A DNA stretch of 54,200 nt. It comes from an uncultured Chlorobiaceae bacterium (lineage in GTDB: Bacteria; Bacteroidota; Chlorobiia; Chlorobiales; Chlorobiaceae). Made by a program: the position numbers and the translations under genes. The notes beneath the pieces were generated by a model. The model did not search any database, had not been told where the DNA came from, and saw only the letters and a list, made by a program, of their open reading frames with translations. Shown piece after piece: positions 50,668-54,200 of this stretch (positions are counted from its first letter, which is position 1; every line of letters starts with the position of its first letter). The stretch lies in NCBI GenBank assembly GCA_903942355.1, contig CAJAOR010000058.1, forward strand, positions 1-54,200. Reading direction: 5' to 3'.

Positions 50668-50985
50668 ATGGCGCTCGATACAAGGGGCGCAACGTAGGGA
50701 GTATTGGACACATTGGTGCATAGAGTTTTGGCCAGGACAAAGGATTATGACGACGGGCGGAGAGGGTGGCATGGTGACCACCAATGATGCTGCTTTGTTG
50801 GTCGCGGATTTGGTCGTTCAAGGATCATGGCAAAAGCTGGGAGGCGGTTTCTGAGCGCGAGCATCAGCCAGGGTTTAGCTGGTTGCATGATTCATTCGGT
50901 ACGAACTGGCGGATAACGGAGATGCAATCGGTGATCGGCCAAATTCAGTTGCAGCGGATGGCGGAGTGGACATTAAAGCGCTGGG
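50667..50985 (+). pseudogene. DegT/DnrJ sugar aminotransferase internal fragment (PglE-type)
   Basis: HGARYKG..VGSIGHIGA*SF.QDK/IMTTGGEGGMVTTND/WS..WSFKDHGK..WLHDSFGTNWR.TEMQ with a TAG stop and frameshifts. Confidence 0.85.
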
Positions 50986-51124
50986 CAGGCCAATATTATA
51001 TAAATAAAATTATGTGCTGAATACCTTGTTCCCCTCTTTGCCATCATATACATAGGACGAAATAGATGGTGTTTCATTTGTTCTATTCCTTTTATTTTTA
51101 TGTATACAAAACTAATATTAAGTC

Positions 51125-51925
51125 ATGAAAGTATATATAATATCGTTGTATCAGTCAGACGCTGAAAACAATAAACTGTTGGCCACTTTGCTAAATAAAT
51201 ATGGGCATGATGTCTGTTTTATTGACGCAATTCCAGGTTCGGATATAAACGCGATATATTACTATTCCTTAATTAGAACTTATTTAGAAAAAACCAAAAT
51301 ATTATTGACTCCATCTGAGCTGGGTTGTGTGCTTAGTCATAAAGAAGCTTTACGTGAATTTATTGCAACAGGTGAGTCACATGCGCTTATTTTAGAGGAT
51401 GATGTGATTGTTGATGATTTAGGGCTTGAAAAATTATCGAGTATTATAAATAATATCCAGCTCTTTGATGGCTTTATTAATATTGGTGGCCTTCATTCTG
51501 TTTATGGGAGTAGAAAAAATATTGAAGGCAAAATAATTCAAAAATCTCCGGAAGTTTGTAAAATTGATAACGATTATCTTTATATGTTGCATGGTAATTT
51601 TGCTTATCTTATTACGCCTAATGATGCTTTGAAAATCTTTACCTTGATAAATGACCATCCTTTTATAATAGACGATTATGTTTATATTTATAATAATACT
51701 AAAATTAAAAATTTCTATTTGTCGCCAATCTTTTCTCATCCTGTTGATAGGGCTAAATCAACAATTCAAAATGAACGAATAATAAGGCCAAAATTAAAAA
51801 ATACAGATAAACTTATTGGTCGAATATATGCTGAAATTAAAAAATCAGTTTATTTTAAAATATTGTGCATAAAGTCATTTGTCAAAATATTGATTAAATT
51901 AATTGATCAAAATCTTGTTAAGTAA
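51125..51925 (+). CDS. Glycosyltransferase family 25
   Basis: VYIISL, FIDAI.G, ELGCVLSH, LILEDDV and AYLITP; very AT-rich. Confidence 0.82.
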   Translation: MKVYIISLYQSDAENNKLLATLLNKYGHDVCFIDAIPGSDINAIYYYSLIRTYLEKTKILLTPSELGCVLSHKEALREFIATGESHALILEDDVIVDDLGLEKLSSIINNIQLFDGFINIGGLHSVYGSRKNIEGKIIQKSPEVCKIDNDYLYMLHGNFAYLITPNDALKIFTLINDHPFIIDDYVYIYNNTKIKNFYLSPIFSHPVDRAKSTIQNERIIRPKLKNTDKLIGRIYAEIKKSVYFKILCIKSFVKILIKLIDQNLVK

Positions 51926-52093
51926 GATAAGTTAACTCTTAAGTTGGGGTACTGTGTAAAACCACGCTTTAATTTCCAGAACAATTCATATCAAGATCAG
52001 AAAACAGGCTTTCATCTATCTTGTTATATGCTTTTTTAAAGGGTTTGGCGTTTTGCAGAGTCTTAAAAAATAAATAAATGCAATCTCAATCCA

Positions 52094-53023
52094 ATGATTG
52101 ACATATCAGTAGTCATTCCCGTATACCGCTCTCAGGACAGCCTGCGAGAGCTTTATCAACGATTAACAGTGGTTCTTGAGGCTCAGTCGTTAAGTTTTGA
52201 GATCTTGTTTGTGGAGGATTGTGGTGGCGATAATTCTTGGGAGGTGATTCTGGAACTGGCAGAAAAGGATAAAAGGGTTCGAGGATTAAGCATGAGTCGC
52301 AACTATGGGCAACATAACGCATTATTAGCTGGAATTCGGGCGGCTAATGGTCAGATGATTGCAACTTTTGATGATGATCTGCAGAATCCCCCTGAGGAAT
52401 TGCCTATGTTACTCTCTAAAATCCGTGAAGGCTACGATGTTGTATATGGATCATCGCTTAGAAAACAGCATGGATTTTTTCGGGACATGGCTTCGCAGAT
52501 TACTAAAATAGCACTGCAGAGGGTAATGGGGGCGGAAACGGCAAAGTACGTCAGCGCTTTCAGGGTTTTTCGTACAGAACTCAGGGGAGCATTCAATGAA
52601 TACAAAAGCCCTACAGTAAACATCGACGTTCTTCTTACCTGGGCAACAACAAAGTTTGTCGCAATACCAGTTAAACTTGATGTCCGGAAATACGGTGATT
52701 CTGGTTATTCCGTTCGAAAGCTAATGCATCATGCCATGAACATGATGACTGGTTTTTCGACGATTCCTTTGAAATTGTCTAGTTTTATTGGCTTTTTGTT
52801 TTCCTTTTTTGGTCTGTGTTTACTCGCATATGTTTTGTTAAGCTATTTTATTGTTGGTGGCGCTGTGCCTGGTTTTCCATTTCTTGCTTCTGTAATTGCA
52901 TTGTTTTCAGGCGCACAACTTCTTGCGCTTGGGATAATTGGCGAGTATTTTGCAAGAATGCACGAAAGAACAATGGACAGACCTGCATATTTTTTAAGAG
53001 AAATTACCAGATCAAGAGAATAA
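52094..53023 (+). CDS. Undecaprenyl-phosphate glycosyltransferase (GtrB/ArnC-like GT2)
   Basis: SVVIPVY, SRNYGQHNALLAG, DDDLQNPPEE, two C-terminal TMs, LGIIGEY.AR. Confidence 0.88.
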   Translation: MIDISVVIPVYRSQDSLRELYQRLTVVLEAQSLSFEILFVEDCGGDNSWEVILELAEKDKRVRGLSMSRNYGQHNALLAGIRAANGQMIATFDDDLQNPPEELPMLLSKIREGYDVVYGSSLRKQHGFFRDMASQITKIALQRVMGAETAKYVSAFRVFRTELRGAFNEYKSPTVNIDVLLTWATTKFVAIPVKLDVRKYGDSGYSVRKLMHHAMNMMTGFSTIPLKLSSFIGFLFSFFGLCLLAYVLLSYFIVGGAVPGFPFLASVIALFSGAQLLALGIIGEYFARMHERTMDRPAYFLREITRSRE

Positions 53024-53803
53024 ATGTCTTTGTTATCGAAAAAATTTTCAATTGAAACAAGAGGGTTATTGCTTAAAGCAGATCTTGTTTCTTGGGATAC
53101 AGAAATATTTGATTATCCTGTATGCAGAATCGAGTGCTTTAAAATCATCGATCCTGATATAATTAATGATGATTATATGGTATTTGAATCTTGGCGGGAT
53201 ATTAACAAATTTAAACTGATAAGCTGTCGGTTGAGTCATGACAAGCTTTATGAGTCAATATTCTTGGAAGAAAAAGGTTTCCGTTTTATTGAGACCGTTC
53301 TTCATCCAAATTTTGAGGAACTCTTTCAACAAAATTTATCTGATCAAGGGCTTGAAATCATTCCAGCCGATCAAACCGATATGCCAGTCCTTACAAGAAT
53401 TGCTGAGTCGGCTTTCAGAAATGAGAGGTTCCATGTTGATCCAAGACTTGACCAACGACTTGGGGACCTTCGTTACGTACGTTGGGTTGAAAACACCTTG
53501 AAACACCCTCGACAAAAATTAATAAAAATTCTTGATAATGAAATTATAGTTGCTTTTTTCATTATTGAAGTTTTGGATGATGGTCGCGTTTATTGGCATC
53601 TTACAGCGGTTTCGCCAGACCAACAGGGTAAAGGTTATGGTCGCCGAACATGGCTTGCAATGCTTCGCTATCATCAGGAGAATGGATGCGTTGCAGTTAG
53701 TACAACAATATCAGCAAGGAATATCCCGGTTTTAAATCTTTATTCCAGTTTAAACTTTCGTTTTTTGCCTCCTGAAATGACCTTCCATTGGAAGCGTGAA
53801 TGA
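53024..53803 (+). CDS. GNAT acetyltransferase, WecD (TDP-fucosamine acetyltransferase)-like
   Basis: WDTEIF, RFHVDPRL..Y.RW, AVSPDQQGKGYG and N..VLNLY..L.F. Confidence 0.72.
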   Translation: MSLLSKKFSIETRGLLLKADLVSWDTEIFDYPVCRIECFKIIDPDIINDDYMVFESWRDINKFKLISCRLSHDKLYESIFLEEKGFRFIETVLHPNFEELFQQNLSDQGLEIIPADQTDMPVLTRIAESAFRNERFHVDPRLDQRLGDLRYVRWVENTLKHPRQKLIKILDNEIIVAFFIIEVLDDGRVYWHLTAVSPDQQGKGYGRRTWLAMLRYHQENGCVAVSTTISARNIPVLNLYSSLNFRFLPPEMTFHWKRE

Positions 53804-54062
53804 TAAGAAAAGCGTTAGGCTGGCAGATTGTTCGTTTTGGTATTGTAGGTATCGCCTCGAATATAGTGCTGTATATGCTCTATTGTGGTATTACAAGTAT
53901 TGGGCTTGGTTACAAGCTTGCAATGTCATTATTGTATGTTGTTGGTGTTATACAGACATTTTTTTTCAATAAGAAATGGACCTTCAACCACCAAGGTTAT
54001 TTGAACGTTACACTCCTTCGCTATATCGTTATCTATGGGGTTTGTTATTTGATCAACCTTGG
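53800..54062 (+). pseudogene. GtrA-family flippase truncated by IS insertion
   Basis: RFGIVG..N, FFFNKKWTF and RY..Y; the frame runs into the IS end after about 88 codons. Confidence 0.75.
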
Positions 54063-54200
54063 TGTGATCGGAAAACAAGAATAAGCCAAAAACGGAAAAT
54101 AAGAATCACCCAGGGTTAGCGTAAAAAACACCCATAGCTCGTAGTTTGAAGGTGCAAACCAAATCAAACCCCAGAGCTATGAGGACACAGTTAAAAAAGC
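54063..54200 (+). mobile_element. Probable IS21-family left end with start of transposase (ATG 54179)
   Basis: TGT terminus then two approximately 20-bp direct repeats (CGGAAAACAAGAATAAGCCA / CGGAAAATAAGAATCACCCA), as in IS21 ends; ORF MRTQLKK runs off the window. Confidence 0.6.

Noticed and set aside
33346-50725. Three in-frame TAG codons in conserved motifs plus a PylC-like ATP-grasp, suggesting amber recoding or pyrrolysine
   Set aside because: The TAGs replace different residues (Tyr, Gln, Trp), each by one substitution. TAG is a true stop in hisA and in the PLP and GNAT genes. TAA stops and frameshifts break neighbouring genes too, and no pylS/pylT/pylB is visible.
54069-54112. Two direct repeats as the start of a CRISPR array
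   Set aside because: Only two imperfect units about 3 bp apart, with no spacers or cas genes; they fit IS21 terminal repeats. No CRISPR array, tRNA or rRNA was recognised anywhere in the window.

Overview
The window has two parts. The organism is probably a green sulfur bacterium (Chlorobiaceae); this is inferred from gene content and protein style and was not checked against a database. Bases 1-23,076 are a relatively GC-rich housekeeping backbone: hisA 3' end, scpB, rluB, a helix-hairpin-helix/beta-barrel protein, sua5/tsaC, a polyprenol kinase, ppx, a pabB-pabC fusion, nth, nusB, a HAD hydrolase, smc, folP, a site-2 protease, a c-type heme protein, a B12 radical SAM enzyme and recQ. A two-gene AbiEii-type nucleotidyltransferase module is inserted at 9.4-10.4 kb. 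From 23,309 to the end is an exopolysaccharide/capsule locus that becomes AT-rich after about 30 kb. It encodes an SLBB export protein, Wzc, CapD/PglF, an ABC flippase, a Wzy-like polymerase, GT2/GT4/GT25 glycosyltransferases, two ATP-grasp ligases, and a cassette of sugar transferase, D-cysteine-desulfhydrase-like PLP enzyme, GNAT, ATP-grasp and DegT, followed by a GtrB-WecD-GtrA module. The locus is riddled with mobile-element debris: five copies of one IS630 lineage (one intact, one internally deleted MITE-like), IS3, ISAzo13 and IS21 pieces, and a group II intron domain-I remnant. Many of the decoration genes are pseudogenised. The best leads are the PLP/GNAT/ATP-grasp sugar-amidation cassette, the toxin-first AbiEii pair, and an A9 tract that sets three alternative capD/ABC-transporter architectures. 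All calls come from reading motifs by eye; no searches were run.
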